Positions 43,093 through 51,574 of a stretch of DNA of 64,000 nt are shown here, piece after piece. This DNA comes from Halothiobacillus sp. (GTDB lineage Bacteria > Pseudomonadota > Gammaproteobacteria > Halothiobacillales > Halothiobacillaceae): positions 304 to 64,303 of the forward strand of contig NZ_JAQTTX010000008.1 in the NCBI RefSeq assembly GCF_028710545.1, read 5' to 3'. The notes under the pieces were generated by a model. That model worked only from the letters and a program-made list of their open reading frames with translations, was not told where the DNA came from and searched no databases. Positions within the stretch are counted from its first letter, which is position 1; every line of letters begins with the position of its first letter. The position numbers were made by a program, and so were the translations under genes.

Positions 43093-45150
43093 CTACTTAA
43101 CACGCATGCCTGCGGTGGCGCCTTCGTCGGGTGACAAAATGAATAGCCCGCCTTTGCCGTCGCCCGCGGCCAGTACCATGCCTTCCGACAGACCGAATTT
43201 CATCTGGCGGGGTTTGAGGTTGGCAACCATAACGGTATGGCGGCCAACGAGGGTGGCCGGATCATAGGCCGACTTGATGCCGGCGAAGACTTGCCGGGTT
43301 TTGCCTTCGCCAATATCAAGTGTTAAGCGCAACAATTTCGCGGCACCTTCTACATGCTCTGCATTAACTATGCGTGCCACACGTAAATCCACGGCCGTGA
43401 ATTGATCGATGGTGATTTCTTCTGCAATCGGTTCGATTTCAGCGCCTGGGGTTTTTTCTTCCAGGGTTGGTGCAGGGTTTGCTTGATTCATGGCTTGGGC
43501 CTCTTCTTGTGTTGCTTTGAGCAGGGCATCCGTCGCGGTTTGTTCGATGCGCGTCATCAGCGGTTCAAAGGCGTTGATTTTGTGTCCAACCATCGGGCGC
43601 GCAAGATCGGACCAACGGAATTCAGGCAGGTTCAGGAATTGGGCCGCTTTGGCACTCATGGCCGGCAGGACGGGCGTGAGGTAGGTCATCAAGATGCGGA
43701 AGGCATTCAAGCCATCGGTACACACACCTTGAACGGCGGCGAGGCTGTCGGGCGACTTGGCCATGGCCCAAGGTTTTTGTTCATCGATGTATTGATTCAC
43801 GAGGTCAGCCAAAGCCATGATCTCACGCATGGCTTGGCCGGTTTCACGCCGCTCGTAGCGTGTCTTGATGGATTCGGCGGCGGCCACGAGTTGTTCGTGG
43901 AGCACATTGTGGGCGAGTTCGGCACTCAACTCACTATTGAACTGCTTGTGAATGAAACCGGCGCAACGGCTGGCAATATTGACGACCTTGCCGACCAGAT
44001 CCGAGTTGACGCGCACACGGAAATCGTCGAGCGACAAATCGATGTCGTCAATACTGCCGCTGAGTTTGGCCGCGAAGTAGTAGCGCAAGGCCTGTGGGTC
44101 GAGGTGGTCGAGGTAGGTGCGGGCCTGGATGAACGTGCCGCGCGATTTGCTCATTTTCTCGCCGTTGAGGGTCAAAAAGCCATGCGCATACACCGCTGTC
44201 GGCGTACGCAATCCGGCACCCATGAGCATGGCGGGCCAGAACAGCGTGTGGAAGTAGGCAATATCCTTGCCGATGAAATGGATCAGCTCGGTTTGGGCGT
44301 TTTCACCCCAGTACTCGTCGAAATCAAGCCCTGTCGATTCGGCCAGTTTCAGGAAGGCCCCGATATAGCCGATGGGCGCATCCAGCCACACATAAAAGAA
44401 TTTGCCGGGTGCGCCGGGAATTTCAAAACCGAAATAGGGTGCATCGCGTGAAATATCCCAGGCCTGCAGGCCGCTATCGAACCATTCCTGTAACTTGGCG
44501 CGGATGGCGGGCTGTACCCGATCCTCGCTCAGCCACTGTTTGAGCTGGTCTTCCATTTTCGGCAGGTCGAAGAAATAGTGTTCGGAATCGCGTTCAACGG
44601 GTGTCGCACCGGAAAGCACCGAGCGCGGGTTCTTCAGGTCGGTCGGGCTGTAGGTGGCACCGCATTTTTCGCAGTTGTCGCCATATTGATCGGCCGCGCC
44701 GCACTTGGGGCATTCGCCCTTGATGAATCGGTCGGGCAGGAACATTTGCTTTTCCGGATCATAGGCTTGCTTGATGGTTTTACGACTGATCAAGCCACGA
44801 GCGTCGAGCCGCTGGAATATTTCACTGGCCATGCGCCGGTTTTCTTCGGAATGGGTGCTGTGAAATATGTCGAAGCCAATCATGAAATCAGCAAAATCAG
44901 CCTTGTGGCTATTGCCTATGCGTGTAATGAGTTCTTCGGGCGTAATGCCTTCCTGTTGCGCCTTGAGCATGATGGGCGTGCCATGCGTATCGTCCGCACA
45001 CAGATAGCGGCATTCATTGCCGAACAGTTTTTGTGCGCGCACCCAGATATCCGTCTGGATGGTTTCGATGATGTGCCCCAGATGAAGGGGGCCATTGGCA
45101 TAGGGCAGGGCTGATGTCACCAGAATGCGACGAGGGGCTTGAAGTGTCAT
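43093..45150 (-). CDS. metG: Methionine--tRNA ligase (with C-terminal tRNA-binding domain)
   Basis: [26 protein letters not shown] (HIGH), zinc knuckles [18 protein letters not shown] and KMSKS. The ATG at 45150 is preferred over the TTG at 45159. Confidence 0.96.
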   Translation of the reverse strand: MTLQAPRRILVTSALPYANGPLHLGHIIETIQTDIWVRAQKLFGNECRYLCADDTHGTPIMLKAQQEGITPEELITRIGNSHKADFADFMIGFDIFHSTHSEENRRMASEIFQRLDARGLISRKTIKQAYDPEKQMFLPDRFIKGECPKCGAADQYGDNCEKCGATYSPTDLKNPRSVLSGATPVERDSEHYFFDLPKMEDQLKQWLSEDRVQPAIRAKLQEWFDSGLQAWDISRDAPYFGFEIPGAPGKFFYVWLDAPIGYIGAFLKLAESTGLDFDEYWGENAQTELIHFIGKDIAYFHTLFWPAMLMGAGLRTPTAVYAHGFLTLNGEKMSKSRGTFIQARTYLDHLDPQALRYYFAAKLSGSIDDIDLSLDDFRVRVNSDLVGKVVNIASRCAGFIHKQFNSELSAELAHNVLHEQLVAAAESIKTRYERRETGQAMREIMALADLVNQYIDEQKPWAMAKSPDSLAAVQGVCTDGLNAFRILMTYLTPVLPAMSAKAAQFLNLPEFRWSDLARPMVGHKINAFEPLMTRIEQTATDALLKATQEEAQAMNQANPAPTLEEKTPGAEIEPIAEEITIDQFTAVDLRVARIVNAEHVEGAAKLLRLTLDIGEGKTRQVFAGIKSAYDPATLVGRHTVMVANLKPRQMKFGLSEGMVLAAGDGKGGLFILSPDEGATAGMRVK

Positions 45151-45324
45151 AAAACGCAAAAGTTCCGAGATAAAAGTCTAGGATAAATGTCTAGGAAAAC
45201 CGGGCCGCGAAGTTTAGCATGAGGACTCGATAAAAGGCCGTTGTGGCGATGTGAAAGGTGATGGATGGATTCCACAGCAAAACCCGTACTCAGCATTCGG
45301 CCCGTGATGGACGGTGTTTGAAGG

Positions 45325-46266
45325 ATGCATATTTTAGTTTGTTTAGATTCCGATCCCCTGCGTAGTTTGCCCGTTTGGGCCGCGTTTACGGACGCGCAAG
45401 ATGCGATTCCGGGTTTGAAGATTACGATCGCCGGTACGCCTGAGATCACTCGGTGCATCAAGGCGCACCCGGCTGTAACCGGTAAAGTGGTGATTGACGA
45501 GAAGGGACTGACTCTGCCGCGTTGGCATCCTTCTGGTTGGTCGGCACGGCGTGAGGCCAGGTCGGCTAGTGCTGCTTTGCTCACAGCGCCGGATGTCGTG
45601 ATTGACCCGTTCGGCACGTCACAAACACGCGCATTCACACGCCTTGTGAATTGGCGTCGGGTTGGTATCGCCGATCTATCGCAACCCCGTCGAGACAACG
45701 ATTATTCGTCGGTTTTCCCGCTTCCGTCCGAGCTCCACCCGCTCCAGGCCATACGGGTTTTGTTCGCGGCCGCATTGAACTACTCCCTCCATGACCTTGC
45801 GCCCAACTACGGTTTGTTGACCTCCCCCGTTAAAGCAGATCAGTCCGCAGGCAATACAGAGGCTGATTTGATTGTCGACGTGAGTTCACTGCCCTGGGAT
45901 GCACAATCATTACAGCAATTCAGGAATCGAATTGCTATGACCCCGTTGCGAGTAACCTATCTTGAAGAAGATCATGCGCTTAACCCGGCTCAGCGATTGC
46001 TGAAACACTGGCCAACGATTTTGACGGCGCACTATATCCTGACCGGGTTGAATGCCAGTGCGTGGCTCGCTGCCGCGCTGGGCCGACCGGGGTTGTGTTT
46101 GTGTCCCGCTGATGCGGCCAGAAGCATGGGCGTTATCTCGACCCGTTGGGCCACCCAGCAGATGATCAATTTGGATCACCCGCCATTCAATCAGCCCAAT
46201 ATCGTTGTCGAATCCATTATTCAGGTGCTGCAACGCCAAGCCACCGCTGTTGCCGATGCGAAATAA
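45325..46266 (+). CDS. Glycosyltransferase family 9 (heptosyltransferase)-like protein, divergent
   Basis: 313-aa ORF. The N-terminal ILVCLDSDPL..GLKITIAGTPE..HPAV..VVI and C-terminal GLNASAWLAAALGRPGLCLCP resemble the GT9 layout, but the conserved LGD motif is not intact. Confidence 0.45.
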   Translation: MHILVCLDSDPLRSLPVWAAFTDAQDAIPGLKITIAGTPEITRCIKAHPAVTGKVVIDEKGLTLPRWHPSGWSARREARSASAALLTAPDVVIDPFGTSQTRAFTRLVNWRRVGIADLSQPRRDNDYSSVFPLPSELHPLQAIRVLFAAALNYSLHDLAPNYGLLTSPVKADQSAGNTEADLIVDVSSLPWDAQSLQQFRNRIAMTPLRVTYLEEDHALNPAQRLLKHWPTILTAHYILTGLNASAWLAAALGRPGLCLCPADAARSMGVISTRWATQQMINLDHPPFNQPNIVVESIIQVLQRQATAVADAK

Positions 46267-46284
46267 AGCATATAGGGTATTTTT

Positions 46285-47343
46285 GTGAATTCGGGATTTA
46301 AGCTTCTTAACAATGAACCCGTTGGCAACACCATGCGGGTTGACGCCTGCGCGGATCAATTCATACAAATCGACCATATCGAGCGCGCCTTGGCTAATCC
46401 CCGGTTGCGTGAAGAATGGCTTGCCGATCCACAAACGCTGGTCGTAGGCGGGGGCAGCAACATCCTGTTTGTCACGGAACGCATCGGTAAAGTAGTTGGT
46501 ATCAAAGCGGCTGATTATGGTTTCGTTGATGAGGGGGAGACGGTATTGGCGTTCGCCGAAGCGGGACTGGGCCTTGATGATTGGGTTCGTCTGACCGCAG
46601 CACAGGGCTTGTATGGGCTTGAGCGTCTTGCCGAAATTCCGGGGACGGTTGGTGCCGCGCCGATCCAGAACGTCGGTGCCTACGGTATGCAGTTGTGTGA
46701 TGTGCTTGATTCTGTCGAGCTATGGGATCGCCAGAAACAGGTAGCACTTCGCTGGTCGGCCGAGCAATGCCAATTAAGCTATCGCAACAGCCGGTTCAAG
46801 TTGGAACCGAATCGATGGTTGGTCCTGCGTGTATGGGTTCGTTTGCACAAAAGGCCGCCGGCAGATTGGCCGAATCTTGCTTATCCCGGTCTGGCCGATG
46901 AGGCCGAAGCGTATTTAATGACGAAAAAAACACCCATGTCCGCACTTGTTGCGAGTGATATGGCCGAAATCGTGACCCGAGTGCGACGAAAAAAACTCCC
47001 CGATTGGCGCCAACGGCTCCCCGGAAGTTTGGGGAGTTTTTTTCATAATCCCATTGTATCTAAGCAGCACGCAAACAAGCTGAAGGCCAATTGGCCCGAT
47101 GTACCGCTCTATGCACTGGATGATCCCGATTCCGTCAAGCTTTCCGCCGGATGGCTGATTGAACAGGCAGGATGGCGAGGGCGCATATTTGGTGCCGCCG
47201 GTGTTTACGATCGTCATGCCTTGGTGCTGATTAATCGGGGTGGCGCCGATGGGAAGGAAATTCTGCAACTGGCCGAAGCGATCGAATCGGATGTCTGGAG
47301 GCATTTCGCCGTACAAATAAAAACGGAACCAATGATCGTGTAA
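46285..47343 (+). CDS. murB: UDP-N-acetylenolpyruvoylglucosamine reductase
   Basis: Colinear with E. coli MurB (GGGSNILF, IPGTVGAAPIQNVGAYG, SYRNSRFK, GSFFHNP, KLSAGWLIEQAGWRG). GTG start. Confidence 0.93.
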   Translation: MNSGFKLLNNEPVGNTMRVDACADQFIQIDHIERALANPRLREEWLADPQTLVVGGGSNILFVTERIGKVVGIKAADYGFVDEGETVLAFAEAGLGLDDWVRLTAAQGLYGLERLAEIPGTVGAAPIQNVGAYGMQLCDVLDSVELWDRQKQVALRWSAEQCQLSYRNSRFKLEPNRWLVLRVWVRLHKRPPADWPNLAYPGLADEAEAYLMTKKTPMSALVASDMAEIVTRVRRKKLPDWRQRLPGSLGSFFHNPIVSKQHANKLKANWPDVPLYALDDPDSVKLSAGWLIEQAGWRGRIFGAAGVYDRHALVLINRGGADGKEILQLAEAIESDVWRHFAVQIKTEPMIV

Positions 47344-47387
47344 TCACGCTGAAAGATCGCTATGGTTTAATCGATAAATACAGGATG

Positions 47388-47424
47388 ATAGGCAGCATCT
47401 ATCGAATCGATAGGAATTTTTCAT
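47388..47424 (+). promoter_or_regulatory. Candidate OxyR-type (LysR-family) operator upstream of the peroxiredoxin gene
   Basis: ATAGgcagcatCTATcgaatcgATAGgaattttTCAT. Three of the four tetranucleotides of the OxyR consensus ATAG-N7-CTAT-N7-ATAG-N7-CTAT are exact and correctly spaced. It lies 115 nt upstream of the Prx ATG. Confidence 0.33.
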
Positions 47425-47538
47425 TTTATTTATCTATCATGTATTGGTAAATTTAATTCCACAGCACGGCTGTAGAACGATGCCTTCAGGCAAATGAATC
47501 GTTTGATCCAATGTATAGACCAACCAGGAGAATTGACC

Positions 47539-48183
47539 ATGAGTGATGTTTCCATTTCATTGCCCCGTTTGAACGAACGCGCACCGGAGTTTGACGCACC
47601 CACAACCCACGGCCGTAAAACGCTGAAAGACTACGAAGGCAAATGGCTGGTGTTGTTCTCGCACCCTGCCGATTTCACCCCTGTTTGCTCCACTGAGTTC
47701 ATGGCGTTTGCGAAGGCGGCACCTGATTTCAATGCGATTAACTGTGAGCTGTTGGGTTTGTCGATCGATAGCAACTACTCCCATATTGCCTGGGAACGCA
47801 ATATCAAAGAGAAGTTTGGCGTGGAAATTACCTTCCCGATTATTGCCGATCTCTCGATGAACGTCGCAAGCATGTTCGGTATGGTGCATCCAGGCGCTTC
47901 GGATACTCAAGCGGTTCGTGCCACGTTTGTGATCGATCCGGAAGGCGTTTTGCGCGCCATGCTTTACTACCCGATGAGTAACGGTCGTTCGATTCCGGAA
48001 ATTCTTCGTCTGGTGAAAGCGCTGCAAACCTCTACCAAGTACGGCGTTGCCACACCAGAAGGTTGGCAGCCAGGTGACAAGGTCATCGTGCCACCTCCGG
48101 CAACGGCCCAAGAAGCCGAAGCGCGTATGAATAGCGGTGAATACGAATGTGTTGACTGGTACTTCTGCAAGAAGTCACTTTGA
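47539..48183 (+). CDS. 1-Cys peroxiredoxin (Prx6-type)
   Basis: The ATG at 47539 (AGGAG Shine-Dalgarno) gives [53 protein letters not shown]. Confidence 0.92.
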   Translation: MSDVSISLPRLNERAPEFDAPTTHGRKTLKDYEGKWLVLFSHPADFTPVCSTEFMAFAKAAPDFNAINCELLGLSIDSNYSHIAWERNIKEKFGVEITFPIIADLSMNVASMFGMVHPGASDTQAVRATFVIDPEGVLRAMLYYPMSNGRSIPEILRLVKALQTSTKYGVATPEGWQPGDKVIVPPPATAQEAEARMNSGEYECVDWYFCKKSL

Positions 48184-48234
48184 TTACATAATCGATCAAG
48201 GCAGTACTTCACGTCGTGTGAAGTAACGCACAGT

Positions 48235-48263
48235 AAAAAAGCCCGAACAAATCGGGCTTTTTT
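48235..48263 (+). terminator. Rho-independent terminator after the peroxiredoxin gene
   Basis: AAAAAA GCCCGA acaaa TCGGGC TTTTTT. Confidence 0.8.
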
Positions 48264-48270
48264 GATTTTT

Positions 48271-48376
48271 GGGCACCTCGAAAAACCGTCACGGGCTTAC
48301 GCAAGCTTAATGTGAGGAAGGCGCCAGCCCACGTTAAACCGCAATCGGACAGCACAACAGGTTATTCGAGCTGCCC
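48271..48376 (+). mobile_element. Family C MITE-like repeat, copy C2 (106 bp)
   Basis: Terminal inverted repeats GGGCACCTCGAAAAACC / GGTTATTCGAGCTGCCC. The interior GGGCTTACGCAAGCTTAATGTGAGGAAGGCGCCAGCCC module recurs at 49043-49084. Confidence 0.75.
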
Positions 48377-48423
48377 TGAAGGGATTTGTTGCACGACTTT
48401 ATGGCAACCAATATATAGTTAGA

Positions 48424-48924
48424 CTAATTATAAACCGGTACTAATTGATAGCCCTTGGCTTGCCAACCCATGACAGAAAGAAAGCCAGAACGAACGACTT
48501 GGATTCCAGGCAGAATAGTGTCATTGTCAACTTTAAAGGCAGCAGTCGCGGCACTGCAGGCCTCCATTTCAACCCCCAAGGATTTAAGACGCTTAACTTG
48601 TTCAGCAATTTTTTTCAACACGTCACCATGCTGGATACTGACATCATCGGAAGGTTCGCTGGTAATGTACTTTACAGAATCGGCGATAAAGACGATGCGT
48701 TGAGTAGATTTAACACCCTCTAAAGCTAAATTTTTACGGTTGCTTTCAATCCCTTTAAGGTATGCCAATAACAAGTTAGGGTTCGCCTTACGGACATCAT
48801 AGATGACCTTAATTTCCTGGATGCCGTCTAAGGCAGCCTTATTGTTTAATTCAGAGGCCTGGACTAAGGGCCCTGTTATTAAAAATGATGTGGCCAGCAC
48901 ACTAGCAATCCATAGATTTTTCAT
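48424..48924 (-). CDS. Exported DsrE/DsrF-like family protein (COG1416-type)
   Basis: The ATG at 48924 (GAGG Shine-Dalgarno) gives a signal peptide MKNLWIASVLATSFLITGPLVQA. DsrE-like features are KVIYDV, RIVFIADSV, GVEMEACSAA and VVRSGFLSVMGWQAKGYQLVPV. The longer track ORF runs into repeats. Confidence 0.68.
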   Translation of the reverse strand: MKNLWIASVLATSFLITGPLVQASELNNKAALDGIQEIKVIYDVRKANPNLLLAYLKGIESNRKNLALEGVKSTQRIVFIADSVKYITSEPSDDVSIQHGDVLKKIAEQVKRLKSLGVEMEACSAATAAFKVDNDTILPGIQVVRSGFLSVMGWQAKGYQLVPVYN

Positions 48925-48952
48925 GGTCTTAACCTCGTTTTTATATGACTTT

Positions 48953-49275
48953 GGGGATCTCGAAAAACCCATTCCTTGGGGTTTTTCGAGGAAGTTCGTT
49001 GAGGAAAGTCCGCAACGAACTTGCTCTGGCTCAATCGCATACGCGGGCTTGCGCCAGCTTAATGCGAAGCAGGCGCAAGCCCGCGTTATTGAACCACACC
49101 ACAACCCTGTGGTGTAAGGCGCGGACGCCCAGCCGTTCAATGACATAGGTCATTGAAATACTGATCTCGGGCCTGACGTGTATCGGATCGAGCGTATCTA
49201 AATGGGGGCTCACGCCTGCTTCGCATTAAGCTGGCGCAGGCCCACGAAGCCATGAACGGATTCTTGCAGAGTAGA
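48953..49275. repeat. Nested composite repeat cluster (family C ends back-to-back, GC-rich hairpin module, degenerate family B core)
   Basis: GGGGATCTCGAAAAACCC attcctt GGGGTTTTTCGAGGAAG lies at 48953-48994. A 13-bp-stem hairpin GCGGGCTTGCGCC..GGCGCAAGCCCGC lies at 49043-49084. A 26-nt perfect inverted repeat joins 49050-49075 and 49213-49238. A family B-like CAATGACataGGTCATTG and CACGAAGCCATGAACGGATTCTTGCAGAG are also present. Confidence 0.8.
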
Positions 49276-49555
49276 AAGTGCATAAACTGCAGACATCAAA
49301 TTCGTCATGTAACCAACGCACCGATATTGCAACCCAATCTATGATGATCATACGGCATGTGTATGAGTAGTATCGATAAAATTGCCTGTTGTTAAATCAA
49401 GGCTGTATATCACTCCGGCCTGCAAGAAAGGTTTTAGGATCTGAAAGCTTCCTCGGCACAATCTTCGCTTCGGGGATCGGCAGAAAACGTTCCTCTATGG
49501 GCGGAGTAACGTCAAGAAGCAAGGTTTCCTTTTGCAAGTTACGATACGGATACAT

Positions 49556-50224
49556 CTATTGATGCTGCTTACCTTTTATTGGTTGCCCGCCGCCGAAGCT
49601 GCCGGCTTCCACATGTGCCAGAATTTCCCTTAACTGTGCTTCAGAGCGCTGACCTGAGAAATAAAAGGGTTTGCCATCATCTGCTTGGAACACCACCACG
49701 GGGATGCCGTACAAATTCTGTCCCTGCAAAATCGATAGGTTTTCAACCAGGATGGTTTGCGTTGCTGCATCCACGTGCTTGGCCGGTGGGATGCCGCCAC
49801 CGGTATCCGAATTGAGAAACCCATAATTCTTCTCATTGGTCATAAAAGCCTTCAGCGGATCGGGTGCCTGAATGATGGCTGCCGCCTTGGCCGTCGAATT
49901 GCTGCCTAGCATACCCAAGGGTATCCAGCGAAATTGCAGATCGGGCCTATCTTTGCGAATCTTCATCAACGAATCGAATACATGATGACAGTAGGGGCAG
50001 TTCGGATCGAAAAACAGATAGACGATTTTTGACCCGTTGCCATCCTTAATCCAACTGGAATCGACAAGATCGTTCATCAGGTTTTGGGCGACCACCCGAT
50101 CTTGTGCTGCGGTAGGCGTCTGTGCATGCACCGGCGCATTAAAAAGGAAAAGTGTTAAGAGCACACTGGCCAAGAACGGGATCAGTCGCTGTTGTTTGGA
50201 GCCGCGAAGATGAAGATCGATCAT
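49556..50224 (-). CDS. dsbG: Periplasmic thiol:disulfide interchange protein, DsbG-like
   Basis: It has a signal peptide and a thioredoxin fold with the CPYC active site (LFFDPNCPYCHH). AAAIIQAPDPLKAF resembles E. coli DsbG. Confidence 0.75.
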   Translation of the reverse strand: MIDLHLRGSKQQRLIPFLASVLLTLFLFNAPVHAQTPTAAQDRVVAQNLMNDLVDSSWIKDGNGSKIVYLFFDPNCPYCHHVFDSLMKIRKDRPDLQFRWIPLGMLGSNSTAKAAAIIQAPDPLKAFMTNEKNYGFLNSDTGGGIPPAKHVDAATQTILVENLSILQGQNLYGIPVVVFQADDGKPFYFSGQRSEAQLREILAHVEAGSFGGGQPIKGKQHQ

Positions 50225-50293
50225 GAGATGGTACTCTAATTTAGTTATCAGGCTATCTATTTTAGACGTTATGAGCCCAATACGTTTCTTGCG

Positions 50294-51574
50294 TCATGGT
50301 TTTTTGCTCAAATCGAGTTCGTCGTCATCCAGATTAGGGAGCGTGGATGGTGTGGTCGCTACTTTTTTCTGCTGGCGACTGATTTCAGCGTCCAGAAGCG
50401 CATCGATGTCATCCAGGTCAAGGTTGAATTCCGTGGTATCTGGCGTTTTTTCTGGCAGCTCAACGGCATCCAGATCAATTTGCTCTTCACCGGGTTCGAG
50501 TTCTTCTTCGCCAACTTGATCTACAGTTGAGGTGTCATCGCTGTTTGGTGTGCTGCTGGTTTCTGCAAGATCAACAGCTTTCGGTTCTTCGGGTTGTTTT
50601 ACTGTTGCACTTTCAGTTGCCTTCGTAGGCGCCGCTCGGCTTTGAATTTCTGTTTCTTCCGCTTTTTCCATACGGATGGATTTGACAGGCGTTGACGGTG
50701 CTTGAACAGCTCCTGGTGAGTCTTCCTTGTCATCTGTGCTTACAGTTGCGGCTGCATCCTCATGCTTATTTTTGGGAGCCTTGGGTGCAGGTTCTGGAGA
50801 CGACATTGGTGGTGGAGAGGTTGTAGTCGGAACGACCTCCACGCTTTCGTCAGCCAGGATTTCCTCTTCGAACACATCAATGCCACTGTTCATACTGGCA
50901 TCGGCGGCATCCACAGCTTCCTGCTGATTCATGCCCTTATCAATGGATTGAAGATAAATCAGCGCGCGCAAGATCTGTGGAACGCGATAATCGGCCTCGA
51001 CACCGAATTTCCGTCCGTATTCACCGACAATAATGCTGACCGATTTCAATGCTTCAGCAAGTTGTGCCGAGCGTTCGGCTTCGGCTTTCTGGCTGGCCAC
51101 GAGTTCGGTTTGCAACTGCTGAATTTGCGGTGCGTTTGCCGAATTGTCGGAAATGGGTTCAGCCGCTTGTTGCTGGCGGAATATGGCCGTAATCTGGTGT
51201 AGGTCGTTGTGCCGGATCGTCATGATTTGACGTACGGCTTCACGCAGGCGTTCCGCTGATGGCTCAAGCCAGGGTTCCACCAGTTCGTTGATTAGTTGCA
51301 GGCTACGCTGCTCGTAATCGTCCAGCTCATCGGGGGTCAGGGTCTTACCGGTTGCCAGCGCCTGAACATGGGTATGAAAGGTTTCGGTGGCAGTTTCTGC
51401 CAAATCATCCCGTTCATCGAGAAGCGATCGGGCCGCATTGATCCGTTTGCGGCGACCAAGCCAGCTGATTAAACCAATGGTCAGCACCAGAATCAATAAA
51501 ACCGCAGCAGCTTCCGTTGCCAGAATGGCCCAGTTCTCGGTGAACAAACTGTGTGTGGCGGCTGTGATTGTCAT
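50294..51574 (-). CDS. Membrane-anchored coiled-coil protein with a long acidic, low-complexity C-terminal region (unknown function)
   Basis: The ATG at 51574 overlaps the upstream VWA gene stop (ATGA). It has a single N-terminal TM (ILATEAAAVLLILVLTIGLISWLG followed by RRKR), a Q/E/A-rich helical segment, and then a D/E/P/T-rich tail ending NLDLDDIDALLDAE..DDDELDLSKKP. Confidence 0.6.
   Translation of the reverse strand: MTITAATHSLFTENWAILATEAAAVLLILVLTIGLISWLGRRKRINAARSLLDERDDLAETATETFHTHVQALATGKTLTPDELDDYEQRSLQLINELVEPWLEPSAERLREAVRQIMTIRHNDLHQITAIFRQQQAAEPISDNSANAPQIQQLQTELVASQKAEAERSAQLAEALKSVSIIVGEYGRKFGVEADYRVPQILRALIYLQSIDKGMNQQEAVDAADASMNSGIDVFEEEILADESVEVVPTTTSPPPMSSPEPAPKAPKNKHEDAAATVSTDDKEDSPGAVQAPSTPVKSIRMEKAEETEIQSRAAPTKATESATVKQPEEPKAVDLAETSSTPNSDDTSTVDQVGEEELEPGEEQIDLDAVELPEKTPDTTEFNLDLDDIDALLDAEISRQQKKVATTPSTLPNLDDDELDLSKKP

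Noticed and set aside
45170-45200. The direct repeat GTCTAGGA-N5-GTCTAGGA upstream of metG, as a regulator site.
   Set aside because: These are two 8-mers with no known cognate motif and no second occurrence in the window, which is too weak to call.
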